Notes under the pieces: generated by a model
Seen by the model: only the letters and a program-made list of their open reading frames with translations
Database searches by the model: none
What the model was told of the DNA's origin: nothing
In this document: positions 37,330 through 47,351 of the stretch, piece after piece
Position numbering within the stretch: the first letter of the stretch is position 1
Layout of the letters: each line of letters opens with the position of its first letter
Made by a program: the position numbers and the translations under genes
Source: a bacterium
GTDB lineage: Bacteria > Ratteibacteria > UBA8468 > B48-G9 > JAFGKM01
Assembly: GCA_026414725.1 (NCBI GenBank)
Contig: JAOAIL010000001.1
Location: 136,249 to 200,248 of the forward strand
Length of the DNA: 64,000 nucleotides
Direction of reading: 5' to 3'

Positions 37330-38583
37330 TCACTCCTGTAAAAGATACTTCCACAGAGGAAGATATTTTATTTCCCCTTTTATCCCGAACCACTCAACCT
37401 CTTTCTCTCCTTCATACTCATCAGTGATTATCAAAAGGTCATTACACTTCAATTCCTTGCTCGCCCTGATAAGTGCCCTCTCCTTTAATTCCACCACTTT
37501 TACATCTTTTAGATTATAACATACCTGAATAAGTTGAATAATCTCTGTACCGGACTTAAGAACAAAATCCACCTCCTGCCGTAGAGGATGCTTCCAGTAA
37601 TATACATTGGCTCCACCGTTCATTTCGTTCTTCTTAAGTTTCACTGCAACAGCATTTTCACAAAGGAATTCTGTATCTTTATTGGTATGTCCTACAAAAT
37701 GTATAAATCCATTATCTATACAGTATATCTTTTTGTTTGAACTTAATTTCTCTTCCATTTTGGGTGAAAATCTGTGGATACGGAAGAATATAAATGACTC
37801 CTCAAGGTAGTTCAGATACTTTTCTACTGTATGCACACTCTTACATTTTGTTATTCTGCTTAATGTGTTATATGAAAATTCTCTACTTACGTTTGAAAGG
37901 AGGAAAAAAGCAAGATTTTCTACAGCAGGAATAAGCCGTATTTTAAATCTTCTAACAATGTCCTTATAGATAATGGAATTAAATAATGTTGATAGATATT
38001 CTTTATGGTCTATATTTTTTATAAGTGGTTCAGGGTATCCACCATGTCTTAAATACTCATAAAGTTTTCCCCTTATTTCCTGTGTGGTAAGTTCTTTATT
38101 CTCCAACTTGAGAAATTCATTAAAGGAGAAGGGAAATATCGTCACAGATATATGCCTACCAGTAAGATGAGGAGATAGTTCACTGCTTAAGAGTTTAGAG
38201 TTGCTGCCTGTGATAACAAGGTTATATCCCTGTCTCTGAAGACGGTTGACAAATAATTCCCATTTAGGAAGGTTCTGTATTTCATCAAAAAGAACAAATT
38301 TCGGATTGTTATAGACAGAGTTTACAGCAGTTAATATTGCATCATAGTCCTTTATATCTATCAGTTTCTCATCATCAAAGTTTACATATCCAAAACTACC
38401 TGTACTGAAAAGGAGATTAAATCCGAGAAATGATTTACCTGCCCTTCTTGGTCCTGTAATCACCTTGATAAGGTCATTGGCAAGCAACCCTTTAAGCCGT
38501 TGTACCTCATCTCTTTCAATAAACCTTTCACATTTTCTTTTCTCTATTTCCCTTTTCTGCAATATCAGTGTATCTTTTATCAT
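37330..38583 (-). CDS. AAA+ ATPase with DUF4143-type C-terminal domain
   Basis: Walker A GPRRAGKS, Walker B LVLFDEIQ, then the long C-terminal region typical of the AAA_14/DUF4143 ATP-binding protein architecture. Confidence 0.65.
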   Translation of the reverse strand: MIKDTLILQKREIEKRKCERFIERDEVQRLKGLLANDLIKVITGPRRAGKSFLGFNLLFSTGSFGYVNFDDEKLIDIKDYDAILTAVNSVYNNPKFVLFDEIQNLPKWELFVNRLQRQGYNLVITGSNSKLLSSELSPHLTGRHISVTIFPFSFNEFLKLENKELTTQEIRGKLYEYLRHGGYPEPLIKNIDHKEYLSTLFNSIIYKDIVRRFKIRLIPAVENLAFFLLSNVSREFSYNTLSRITKCKSVHTVEKYLNYLEESFIFFRIHRFSPKMEEKLSSNKKIYCIDNGFIHFVGHTNKDTEFLCENAVAVKLKKNEMNGGANVYYWKHPLRQEVDFVLKSGTEIIQLIQVCYNLKDVKVVELKERALIRASKELKCNDLLIITDEYEGEKEVEWFGIKGEIKYLPLWKYLLQE

Positions 38584-38719
38584 CGTTAATTTTATATATC
38601 ATAGTGCACAAAATTTATAATTTTTTTGTATTAAATATACTATGATTATAAGATTCTGTCAAATTTTTGTATGGGAAGGATAAGAACAGGGGAATATTTA
38701 AAACTATTTTTCCTCCTTA

Positions 38720-39856
38720 TTATCTACATAGTTCACAGGAAATATAATTTATAATTTTCCTTATAGCATCTTCAACTTCAATGGACAACTCTTCAGAAAG
38801 GGTTATTTTTTTAGGCTGTATACCTATAACTTTACAGTTTGCACCTATTTCTCTATGTATATGTTTTAAAATCAATGTAAGAGAGATACTGTGTGTGGAT
38901 GGTGTTGTCTCTTCTATCTGGTCATACTCAATCACCTTTATCTCTCCTGGTTTTCCTCCAAAATCCACAGCATCTATAACAACCACTGTATTAGGTCTGA
39001 ATTTTTCAATAACACCTATATAGTTCTCCACAGAACTCCCTGCATCAATAATTTTTACATCCTTCCTTTTTATTATCTTTGTAAGTTTTTCTGTAACAAT
39101 AGAACCAGCGCCATCATCCGCTTTCAGGCGGTCTCCCATCCCAATAATAACAATTCTCCCTTCCCATGTGAGTGATATTGTTTCCGGTTGCTCAATAATC
39201 CGATTTAAAGTAAAATCAGATAGTGTTTTTATCCAGTCAGAAATCCCTTCTCCTGTCCTTATTGAAAGAGGTATGAGTTTAGCAGATGATATATCTTTAA
39301 GATACTTTTTGAATACACTTAAATTAAAATCTGTATGTGGCATAAGGTCTATCTTGTTAAGAATACATACATCTGCTCTCTTAAACATTAGGGGATACTT
39401 CAGTGGTTTATCTTCTCCTTCCGACACACTTGATACCACCACATTTAAAGATGTACCTATATCAAATTCAGCAGGGCACACTAAGTTTCCTACATTTTCT
39501 ATAAACACAATATCTGTTTCTTTAAGAGAAATTTGTGTAAATCCTTTTTTTACCATAAAAGCATCCAGATGACAAGCACCACCTGTGTTTATCTGTACTA
39601 CAGGGATATCTAATCTCGCTATCCTTTCCGCATCAATACACCCTTTTATATCCCCTTCTATTACACTGAATGAGAATCTGCTTTTCAGTTCGGATATGGT
39701 CTTTTCAAGCAAGGAGGTTTTTCCGGAACCAGGGGAACCCATAACATTAACAGCAAATGTACCGCTTTCATTTAATAATATACGGTTTTCTTCTGCAATT
39801 CTCTCATTCTCTTCAAATATGCTTGTACCTACCTCTATTATTTTTATTTCTTTCAT
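38720..39856 (-). CDS. hypB: fusion of hydrogenase Ni-insertion GTPase HypB and hydrogenase maturation endopeptidase (HycI/HybD-like)
   Basis: N-terminal E.NR....E.G....NVMGSPGSGKTSLLEKT ... CH.D (HypB G-domain and Ni/Zn site). Then one continuous frame into RIVIIGMGDRLKADDGAGSIV ... VIDAVDFGGKPGEI (maturation protease signature). No stop between the two. Confidence 0.7.
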   Translation of the reverse strand: MKEIKIIEVGTSIFEENERIAEENRILLNESGTFAVNVMGSPGSGKTSLLEKTISELKSRFSFSVIEGDIKGCIDAERIARLDIPVVQINTGGACHLDAFMVKKGFTQISLKETDIVFIENVGNLVCPAEFDIGTSLNVVVSSVSEGEDKPLKYPLMFKRADVCILNKIDLMPHTDFNLSVFKKYLKDISSAKLIPLSIRTGEGISDWIKTLSDFTLNRIIEQPETISLTWEGRIVIIGMGDRLKADDGAGSIVTEKLTKIIKRKDVKIIDAGSSVENYIGVIEKFRPNTVVVIDAVDFGGKPGEIKVIEYDQIEETTPSTHSISLTLILKHIHREIGANCKVIGIQPKKITLSEELSIEVEDAIRKIINYISCELCR

Positions 39857-39917
39857 TTTATATATTATAAACAACAATTAATTTTTTTGTTAATTATATA
39901 TCTTTAAAAAAACACCT

Positions 39918-40181
39918 TCAAACATTTTCTTCTATCTCCACATTCTCCAGTATAAATTCTTTAGAGGATGGGTTTTCACTCCTCCTTATATATATTTTTA
40001 CATTTTTATAAAAGGGGTTATCCTTTGTAAGGGCATGGAAAGTAAAGTTTATATTTTCTTCATCTATGCAACTTAAAGGATTAACAGTAAGGTTTATTCT
40101 ATGGAATGCAGAGATATTTCGCTCTTTTCTAATTTTTTCAAGAATCTCTAAAATTTTTTGGCTTATAGATAATTCATGCAT
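39918..40181 (-). CDS. hypA: HypA-like hydrogenase Ni-metallochaperone lacking the CxxC...CxxC zinc finger
   Basis: Starts MHELSISQKILEIL (canonical HypA Ni-binding MHE motif). Only 88 aa with a single Cys. Confidence 0.55.
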   Translation of the reverse strand: MHELSISQKILEILEKIRKERNISAFHRINLTVNPLSCIDEENINFTFHALTKDNPFYKNVKIYIRRSENPSSKEFILENVEIEENV

Positions 40182-40236
40182 AAACAAAAACTTCTCCTCT
40201 TTTTCCCCTTTTCCCTCGTAGAGAGGGTATGGAGGG

Positions 40237-40590
40237 TTATTCTTTATCAATATCTATAGTAGGTCTTGGTTTTGCAGGATATATCTTCTCATCACCAGGT
40301 TTTTCCCATATCTTGATACCTGATATATCTGCTGCCCTCGCGAGTGCATGTGCTGCAGTAGGTGAGTTTAAAAATAGAAATACAAGACATATAAGTGCTT
40401 TCATCCCTATAGCAGAAAATCCGGTTTTTATTATAGTAGCTAAAAGGACACTCCCTGTACCGAGTGTTACACACTTTGTAGCTGCCTGTAGACGACAGTA
40501 TACATCAGGCATCCTTAAAAGTCCGATACATCCGAGAAGGACAAAACATAATCCAATAGCCATAACTATATAGAAAAGAATATCAATCAT
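40237..40590 (-). CDS. Mrp/Mnh antiporter subunit G-like (MbhC-like)
   Basis: 117 aa, 3 TM. GLLRMPD.Y.RL.A.TK is the MnhG signature. Confidence 0.7.
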   Translation of the reverse strand: MIDILFYIVMAIGLCFVLLGCIGLLRMPDVYCRLQAATKCVTLGTGSVLLATIIKTGFSAIGMKALICLVFLFLNSPTAAHALARAADISGIKIWEKPGDEKIYPAKPRPTIDIDKE

Positions 40591-40837
40591 CTAAATTCCT
40601 CCCTTCTAAGAACTTTGCAAGTGTGATAGTACTTACAAATCCTATAATAGACCAGGCAATGGCTATACTCATATACCACTCTGAACCGGTTGCAAGAGAA
40701 AGGAACACACAGAATATAATTATAATAATACCGAGTATATCAATAGCCACCATTCTATCTGCTGCTCTCGGACCTCTAAATACTCTATAGACACATATAG
40801 ATACACATAAAGCAAGAAAAGCGAATACAAGAATCAT
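40583..40837 (-). CDS. Mrp/Mnh antiporter subunit F-like (MbhB-like)
   Basis: 84 aa, 3 TM. Y R...GP...DR..A.D signature. Confidence 0.6.
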   Translation of the reverse strand: MILVFAFLALCVSICVYRVFRGPRAADRMVAIDILGIIIIIFCVFLSLATGSEWYMSIAIAWSIIGFVSTITLAKFLEGRNLDD

Positions 40838-41319
40838 TCAAATACCTCCTTCAATATCTTCTGGGCCTTTCCACATATTAACTCTTCTGCCTTTATAGGA
40901 TCTGTCGTTTCAACATATATCCAGTGGACATATAAAAACTCTTCATCTATATCCATAGTAAATGTTCCAGGAGCAAGCGTTATGGAATTTGCCAGTATAA
41001 TCCTTCCAAGTGGTGATTTAAGATATAATGGTATCTTTACAACACCTGGCTTGATAGGAGGTCCCGGACTTAAGATACGATATGCCATAATAAAGTTTGC
41101 CTTTATCATCTGCCAGATAAATACAAAGATGAACTTTACAAAAGCAAAATATCGTCTTATCTGGAATGTATGTTCAGGATGATATGGAAATTCTCTTCCA
41201 TAAAGAAGTGTGACGAAAAGAGAAACCAGAATACCTGCAATATAATTACCTGGTTCATTGCTCCATGTTAAAATCTTCCATATACCAAACAAAAGTATAA
41301 AAACAATAAGGTAGTTCAT
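40834..41319 (-). CDS. Mrp/Mnh antiporter subunit E-like (MbhA-like)
   Basis: 161 aa, N-terminal 2 TM plus soluble domain. Position in an Mrp-order gene string. Confidence 0.55.
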   Translation of the reverse strand: MNYLIVFILLFGIWKILTWSNEPGNYIAGILVSLFVTLLYGREFPYHPEHTFQIRRYFAFVKFIFVFIWQMIKANFIMAYRILSPGPPIKPGVVKIPLYLKSPLGRIILANSITLAPGTFTMDIDEEFLYVHWIYVETTDPIKAEELICGKAQKILKEVFE

Positions 41320-42802
41320 CTGTTCTCTCCTATTTTAATATCCATATAGGAAAAACTCTCCATAACAGATACAGACCTATCCAGTGTTTTTTCTCTTATA
41401 CCAGGAATAAGTAATATCCCTGATATAAATACCAGTATTGCAAGAACTACCATAGGGAAAAGAAGTGTTTTTGGTGCTTCTTGTTTTATTGGCTCTTCAA
41501 CTCTGTTGTAATAAACATTCCTCTGTAATTTAAGGAAATACCCCAGAGTAATAATAGATACAACAATACATAAAACCGCTATTCCTGGATAACCTGCCTG
41601 CACTGCTGCAATTATTATGATAAGTTTACTCCAGAAATTACCCATAGGAGGTACACCTGCAATACCTAACATTCCTGTACTCCCTAAAAGTGTTGTTACA
41701 GGCATCTTATCATTCAGTCCTTTTAATTGTTCCATATCTGTAGAACCTGTAACATATTCAATAGCTCCTATATTTAAGAAAAGAAGTGCCTTTGAGAATG
41801 CATGTGCAATAAAATGCATAAGTACACCCAGATTCCCCAGATATCCGCCTATACCCAATCCTATAGCACAGTATCCAATCTGACTTATGGTTGAGTATGC
41901 ATAAAGTCGTTTTATATTTCGCTGTCCATATGCCATAAGTCCTCCGAAAACCATTGACAATATTCCGAATAGTAAAAGCAACAGATTCTTATCTGAGGCA
42001 ATATTATAAATATATTGTTGGTAATCCGTATGAGCACATAAAGTCCTATAACTTTTATGAACATACCTGAAAGTATGGCAGAAATAGGTGCAGGTGCCAT
42101 AGAATGTGCATCAGGTAACCATGTATGAAAAGGTACAAGAGCGGCCTTAAGCGCAAAACCAGATAAGAGAAGTCCTGCAAGGAACCAGAGATGTGAGGTA
42201 GAAAGCCCTGCGGTCTCAGACATAAATGTTGCTATGTTAAGTGTCCCTGTAAATCCGTAGATAAGTGCAATAGCAAAAAGTATCATTGTAGAAGCAATAA
42301 AACTCATGACCGTATATTTCATTGATGCCTCAAGTTCCTCTGCTCTAAGTCCAAAAGCTACAAGAATAAAGGATGCAATTGATGCAATTTCAAAGAAGAC
42401 ATATATGTTGAATATATCCATACTGATAAGCACACCATTCATACCTGCAAGCATAATCAGAAAAATAATATAAAAATAGGATGTCTCTGTATATTTCCTT
42501 ATATAAACAAACGAGTATATCATTATAAGAAGGGCAATAAAATTTGTCATTATAATGAATAAAGAAGAAAGAGGGTCAACCATAAGAACTATGCCTAATG
42601 GTTTTTCCCAGCCACCTACAAAATATACAATTCTTCCATTGGTAAATACATCTATACCAAAAATTATTGATGTTATAGTAGCAAGTAAGACAAAAGATAT
42701 CGCTACTATCCCGGCGGACTTTTCATCTTTCCTTAAAAGTAGAGATATGAGAAATCCAGCCCCCAAATATATTGCCACAGGAAGAATAATAAGATTGTTC
42801 AT
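41316..42802 (-). pseudogene. NuoN/MrpD-like antiporter subunit split by an apparent frameshift near 41912-41981
   Basis: ORF 41912..42802 encodes the N-terminal 280 aa of a NuoL/M/N-fold protein, then runs into an atypical tail (...CCFYYSEYCQWFSEDLWHMDSEI). ORF 41316..41981 in another frame encodes the conserved C-terminal part (NIKRLYAYSTISQIGY...). Together about 495 aa. Confidence 0.55.
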
Positions 42803-43149
42803 CCTTTCAATCTCCTTATCTTATCCATATCAAAAGTTTCATATTTTTCAAAAAGCCGTATGGCAAGTGCTGCAAGAAATGCAACAAATGCAAGGTCTAT
42901 GACAATTGATGTAAGAACAAGTGCCTGTGGTAATGGGTCCACCGCTTTTTCTAAAAAAGTGTTGACCGTCATATTTTCTGTAAGGATAGGCGCAATCCCA
43001 TCCCATTTATAACCTAAAAGTACAAATATAATATTGGTAGCATACCCAACAATATTTATTCCTACAATAATTTTTATGATGTTTTTCTTTGCAATAATTC
43101 CATAAAGTCCTGTAAAAAACATCAGGGCAACAAGTATATAGACAATCAT
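42799..43149 (-). CDS. NuoK/MrpC-like small membrane subunit
   Basis: 116 aa, 3 TM. ...KNIIKIIVGINIVGYATN... like NuoK/MnhC. Confidence 0.65.
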   Translation of the reverse strand: MIVYILVALMFFTGLYGIIAKKNIIKIIVGINIVGYATNIIFVLLGYKWDGIAPILTENMTVNTFLEKAVDPLPQALVLTSIVIDLAFVAFLAALAIRLFEKYETFDMDKIRRLKG

Positions 43150-43622
43150 TTTTCTTCCTCCATACTCTGTTTATATTTAATCCCTTCATCTGTTCTTATT
43201 AACCGTGCCATAGAAAGAATTGCTATGGCAACAAATAGTGCGGAAGCAACCTTCAGACCTATCATTATATTACTGATTATAATTGTTCCTGCACTCCATA
43301 GTTTGAACATATTCCCTTTAGGAAGCAGGTTATAGAAAAATACACCTCCTGCCAGTCCAGATATAGCAACTGCAAGAAAACCCAATGCACCTGCACTGTC
43401 AAGGGATTTTGTAACATTTATAGGTAAGAATCTGAAAACATATTCCTTTCCAAAGGCAAGAAGAAGCAGAACAACTCCACCTGTGAGAACTACTCCACCT
43501 GAAAAGCCACCGCCTGGTGTAATATGCCCATAGAGGACAAGAGACAATCCATAAAGAACTATAAAAGGAAATACAATTCTCGCTATACCCTGAACAATCT
43601 CACTCATTCCATTATTTTTCAT
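43146..43622 (-). CDS. MrpB/MnhB-like membrane subunit
   Basis: GHITPGGGFSGG motif characteristic of MnhB-domain proteins. Confidence 0.55.
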   Translation of the reverse strand: MKNNGMSEIVQGIARIVFPFIVLYGLSLVLYGHITPGGGFSGGVVLTGGVVLLLLAFGKEYVFRFLPINVTKSLDSAGALGFLAVAISGLAGGVFFYNLLPKGNMFKLWSAGTIIISNIMIGLKVASALFVAIAILSMARLIRTDEGIKYKQSMEEEK

Positions 43623-44145
43623 CCTTCCTCCCCTTTACCCTTAAGAGCACTACAACCCCTGCTATCGCTGTAAATATAACGGTTGCCTCTCCTAATGTAT
43701 CATATCCTCTAAAGTCCAGCACTATCGCAGTTACAGTATTAGGTGCCTTCAGAAGAGAAGGAGATGCCTTTAGATATTCTGCCCCCATAGTGATTACCGG
43801 CTGTCCAAAAGGTCTGACAACCTCGGTTCCATGGATCATAAAAACAAACAGGAATAATGCCAGAACTATCAGAGTTACCACCCCGTACAATCCAGATGTG
43901 GACATATCTGCTCTCGTTTCACGCCTTATTGTAGAAAGGAGTATAATCAAAGCCACTATCTCTACAAAAACCTGAACAATTGCTATATCAGGTGCTCCCA
44001 AAAGTAAAAACAGAATACTTAATATAAGTCCCGCAGTTCCCATAGAAACAACAGACGATGTCAAACTCCTTGCTACAATAGATATAACACACCCCACTGT
44101 CATAAGAAGCATCAACACAATTAAAAGTGGTGTATTAAGCATCAT
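43612..44145 (-). CDS. MrpA C-terminal/MnhB-like membrane subunit (MbhD/E-like)
   Basis: AIVLDFRGYDTLGEATVIFTAI motif (MnhB domain). GGAGG RBS 10 nt before ATG 44145, which overlaps the upstream stop (ATGATGA). Confidence 0.55.
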   Translation of the reverse strand: MMLNTPLLIVLMLLMTVGCVISIVARSLTSSVVSMGTAGLILSILFLLLGAPDIAIVQVFVEIVALIILLSTIRRETRADMSTSGLYGVVTLIVLALFLFVFMIHGTEVVRPFGQPVITMGAEYLKASPSLLKAPNTVTAIVLDFRGYDTLGEATVIFTAIAGVVVLLRVKGRKDEK

Positions 44146-45968
44146 CTTCTTATAACCTCCATTATAATTATAAGCCCTGCAAAAAACCATACAAGATACT
44201 TTGCTAAAAGTCCATTCTGTAATAACTTTAGCCGTTCAACCCATAGATTTAAAAATAAACTTCCTCTGTTATATATAAAATCAACTGCCATTACAGCGAT
44301 ATTGATAAAAAACTTCCCAGCATTAGGCAGTAATTTCAGAAAATTCTGGTATATATCAAGCAATCCCATGGTATCAAGTGTATAAAATTTTTTAAGAGGT
44401 GTTATTTCTTTAACCGTCCCATAGAAGTGCGCTCCATCAAAAGCAGTTATCTTATCAGAAATAACCTCGCCCCCTACAAATACCTCTGTCCTTCTCACCT
44501 GTTTAATCCATCTCCTACCTACGACAAATAACAAAGCAAGGATGATGATTGCCAGCACTCCATAATAAGAAGCCATCTGTATGAGATTAATATTTAGCAT
44601 TACATATTCACCTATAGCAGGGAATAAAAACTTCTCTGTCACAAATCCAGGATATAAACCAAAAAGTAAACACCCAATAGCAAGTAATATCATAGGTATA
44701 TTCATAAAAGGACTACCCTCTAATTTTTCTCCTGTTATCTCTTTTTTCCTTACACCCATAAAGGAGTCATTAATAACCTTTACAAAAGATGCAAGTGTTA
44801 ACACACTTCCTAAAAGTGCTGCAATGAATGCAAATGTAGAAATAGGATTGTTCTTTATTAGAAGTGCCTGATATATAATCCACTTTGATACAAAACCATT
44901 AAAAGGTGGTATCCCTGATATTGAAAATGCTGCAACTGTCATTACCATAAATGTAACTGGTAGTTTCCTGAATAATCCGCCATAATCCTCTAAATTCCTT
45001 GAACCAGTTGCTTTTATAAGTACCCCCGCACCGAGGAAGAGTAAACTTTTGAATATAGCGTGGTTGATTGTGTGATAAAGAGCTCCGACAAGTCCTATCT
45101 GGGTTCCACAGGCAATACCGAGAAAGATATATCCAATCTGACTGATACTATGATATGCAAGAAGTCGTTTTATATCATGCTGGATAAGTGCTAAAAAAAC
45201 ACCTCCCAAAAGTGTAAAGATACCGAGAAGCAACATTACTGTCTCCCATCCGATAGACCATGATGGTTTGAATATAACAAAGTAAAAGCGTATCAGTGCA
45301 TATATCCCTGTTTTACTCATTGCACCAGAAAACAATGCAGATATAGGTGTTTGAGCAGAAGTATATGCATCAGGAAGCCATGAGTTAAGCAGGAATATCC
45401 CCACTTTGACACCTGTCCCTAAAAGGATAGAAAAGAAAAATATATGTTTCCATAAAAGATTTTCTTCTAATAGCCATATTCCTAATATCCCGAAAAGTAG
45501 AAATATACTTCCTACACCTGTCATAATAATATATTTAAGAGAAGCACTTCTTGCCTCATCTGTATCAGCGAAAAGTACAAGAAAGAAACTTGCTATTGTC
45601 ATTATTTCCCAGTATATATACAGAGCAATGAGTGAATGGGAAAGTACTACACCCAACATACCCCCGAGAAAGAGGAATAACAACCCATCATATACAAAGT
45701 TTACTTCCGAATTGTACCACTGAGAAAAAGATACACTGCACAATCCTATGAAAGAAATAAGTATTGCGAATAAGAGTCCGAGTTTCTCTCCACTGGAAAG
45801 AATGTCATAGTTTACATACATTGAATAGAAACATGAAAACAGCACTGCCAGAACCCCAAGGAGAGATACCCACTTCCTTATATTCCTTCCTGCCCCCTGA
45901 ATAAGCAGATGAACGAAAGCAATCCCGAAGCTTATAACAACCGGAAGAAACCATATGTTTACATTCAA
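44142..45968 (-). CDS. NuoL/MrpA-like antiporter subunit (MbhH-like)
   Basis: 608 aa, about 16 TM. Conserved ...WLPDA.....P.SAL..... and HAFFKSLLF-type blocks of complex-I antiporter-like subunits. Confidence 0.75.
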   Translation of the reverse strand: MNVNIWFLPVVISFGIAFVHLLIQGAGRNIRKWVSLLGVLAVLFSCFYSMYVNYDILSSGEKLGLLFAILISFIGLCSVSFSQWYNSEVNFVYDGLLFLFLGGMLGVVLSHSLIALYIYWEIMTIASFFLVLFADTDEARSASLKYIIMTGVGSIFLLFGILGIWLLEENLLWKHIFFFSILLGTGVKVGIFLLNSWLPDAYTSAQTPISALFSGAMSKTGIYALIRFYFVIFKPSWSIGWETVMLLLGIFTLLGGVFLALIQHDIKRLLAYHSISQIGYIFLGIACGTQIGLVGALYHTINHAIFKSLLFLGAGVLIKATGSRNLEDYGGLFRKLPVTFMVMTVAAFSISGIPPFNGFVSKWIIYQALLIKNNPISTFAFIAALLGSVLTLASFVKVINDSFMGVRKKEITGEKLEGSPFMNIPMILLAIGCLLFGLYPGFVTEKFLFPAIGEYVMLNINLIQMASYYGVLAIIILALLFVVGRRWIKQVRRTEVFVGGEVISDKITAFDGAHFYGTVKEITPLKKFYTLDTMGLLDIYQNFLKLLPNAGKFFINIAVMAVDFIYNRGSLFLNLWVERLKLLQNGLLAKYLVWFFAGLIIIMEVIRR

Positions 45969-45978
45969 CTTTCTCCTC

Positions 45979-47346
45979 CTATCTTATCACCAGCATAATA
46001 CCGAATAATAATGAAATAGTTGCTAAAATTACCACAGAGACAACCATAAAGGGAAATCCTTTCCCTGTTGTATCTACTTCTTTTACATCCCCCATAAATA
46101 CATACCTGAATAAACGAACCATATAAAGAAGGGTTAGTGCTGATGTAAGTATTGCAATAAGCCCATAGAATATATGTCTCTTTATAAGCATACCTGTTAT
46201 TGCCTCAAGTTTTCCATAAAAACCAGGTAATGGTGGAATACCTGCAACAGAAAACATACTGAAGATAAAAGCATATGTAACAAGCGGTGATTTTTTCATC
46301 AACCCTCCCATCTGCCTTATATCTTTTGTCCCAAATAGTTTTTCTGTAATTCCTGCACATAGAAATAGACATCCCTTACCCAGTGCATGTGCTACATAAA
46401 ATATAACAATTCCACGAGTAGCAATAGGATTAAACATCATAAGCCCTGCTATCATAAATCCTAACTGGCTTACTGTGGAAAAAGCAAGAATTTTTTTAAT
46501 ATCTGTCTCTCTTAAAGCAATAATACCCGCAGCAACACTGCTGAATAGAGCAAGATATCCTGCCCATATAACATTTCCAGATACAGTAAGCGTTGCCCCG
46601 AAAATCCGCGCTAGTCCATATACTCCTATCTTAACAAGTACTGCTGCGTGAAGGAATGATGTAACAGGTGTTGGGGCTACAGAGGCATCAGGAAGCCATG
46701 TATGGAAGGGGAAAGTGGCTGACTTTGTTAGAATCCCTAAAAATATTAGTGCAAAGACAAAAGGAGGTATCTCCTGCCCTATTATCTGAGAAATACTTAG
46801 AGAACCAGTAGTTATGTAAACATATACAAATCCCAGAAGCATAAAACCAGCTCCTGCACTGGTAATAAGGAATGCTTTATCTGCCTTAAGGAGATGTTCA
46901 TCTTTCCTGTAGAAACCAATAAGTTTCCACGAGCAAAGCCCCGCAAGTTCCCAGAAAAGATAAAGGGAGATGAGATTATCAGAAAATACCACCCCCATCA
47001 TACTCCCCACAAAAACAAGTCCCCAGAAAGAAAATTTTTGCTGTTCAGAATGATCTTCTTTAGCAAAATACCCCATTGCAAACAAATATATAAATATCCC
47101 TATAAAAACAGAAGTCGCTCCAAATATAAAACTTAAAGGGTCGGCAATAAAAAAGATGTTTTCTACTGGATAATATAAGAACCTTGTAGAAAATACAGTA
47201 TTAGCAATATTACCTAATAGAAACATCTGTATCAGGAGGAAAATAAAACCTGCTTTAATAGAAAACGATGCAGGTATAACCTCCACTAAAACCGCTGATA
47301 GAAATGGAACTATAAGTATCCACAACAAGATATTATTCGGTACCAT
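45979..47346 (-). CDS. NuoM/NuoN/MrpD-like antiporter subunit
   Basis: 455 aa. HTWLPDA..APTPV..... and ..HA..K..LF blocks. Confidence 0.7.
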   Translation of the reverse strand: MVPNNILLWILIVPFLSAVLVEVIPASFSIKAGFIFLLIQMFLLGNIANTVFSTRFLYYPVENIFFIADPLSFIFGATSVFIGIFIYLFAMGYFAKEDHSEQQKFSFWGLVFVGSMMGVVFSDNLISLYLFWELAGLCSWKLIGFYRKDEHLLKADKAFLITSAGAGFMLLGFVYVYITTGSLSISQIIGQEIPPFVFALIFLGILTKSATFPFHTWLPDASVAPTPVTSFLHAAVLVKIGVYGLARIFGATLTVSGNVIWAGYLALFSSVAAGIIALRETDIKKILAFSTVSQLGFMIAGLMMFNPIATRGIVIFYVAHALGKGCLFLCAGITEKLFGTKDIRQMGGLMKKSPLVTYAFIFSMFSVAGIPPLPGFYGKLEAITGMLIKRHIFYGLIAILTSALTLLYMVRLFRYVFMGDVKEVDTTGKGFPFMVVSVVILATISLLFGIMLVIR

Positions 47347-47351
47347 AATAT

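Noticed and set aside
41912-41981. Interpretation of the two MrpD-like ORFs as two genuine overlapping genes
   Set aside because: A 70-nt out-of-frame overlap, together with the non-membrane-like tail of the upstream ORF and continuity of conserved NuoN blocks across the junction, favours a frameshift in one gene.
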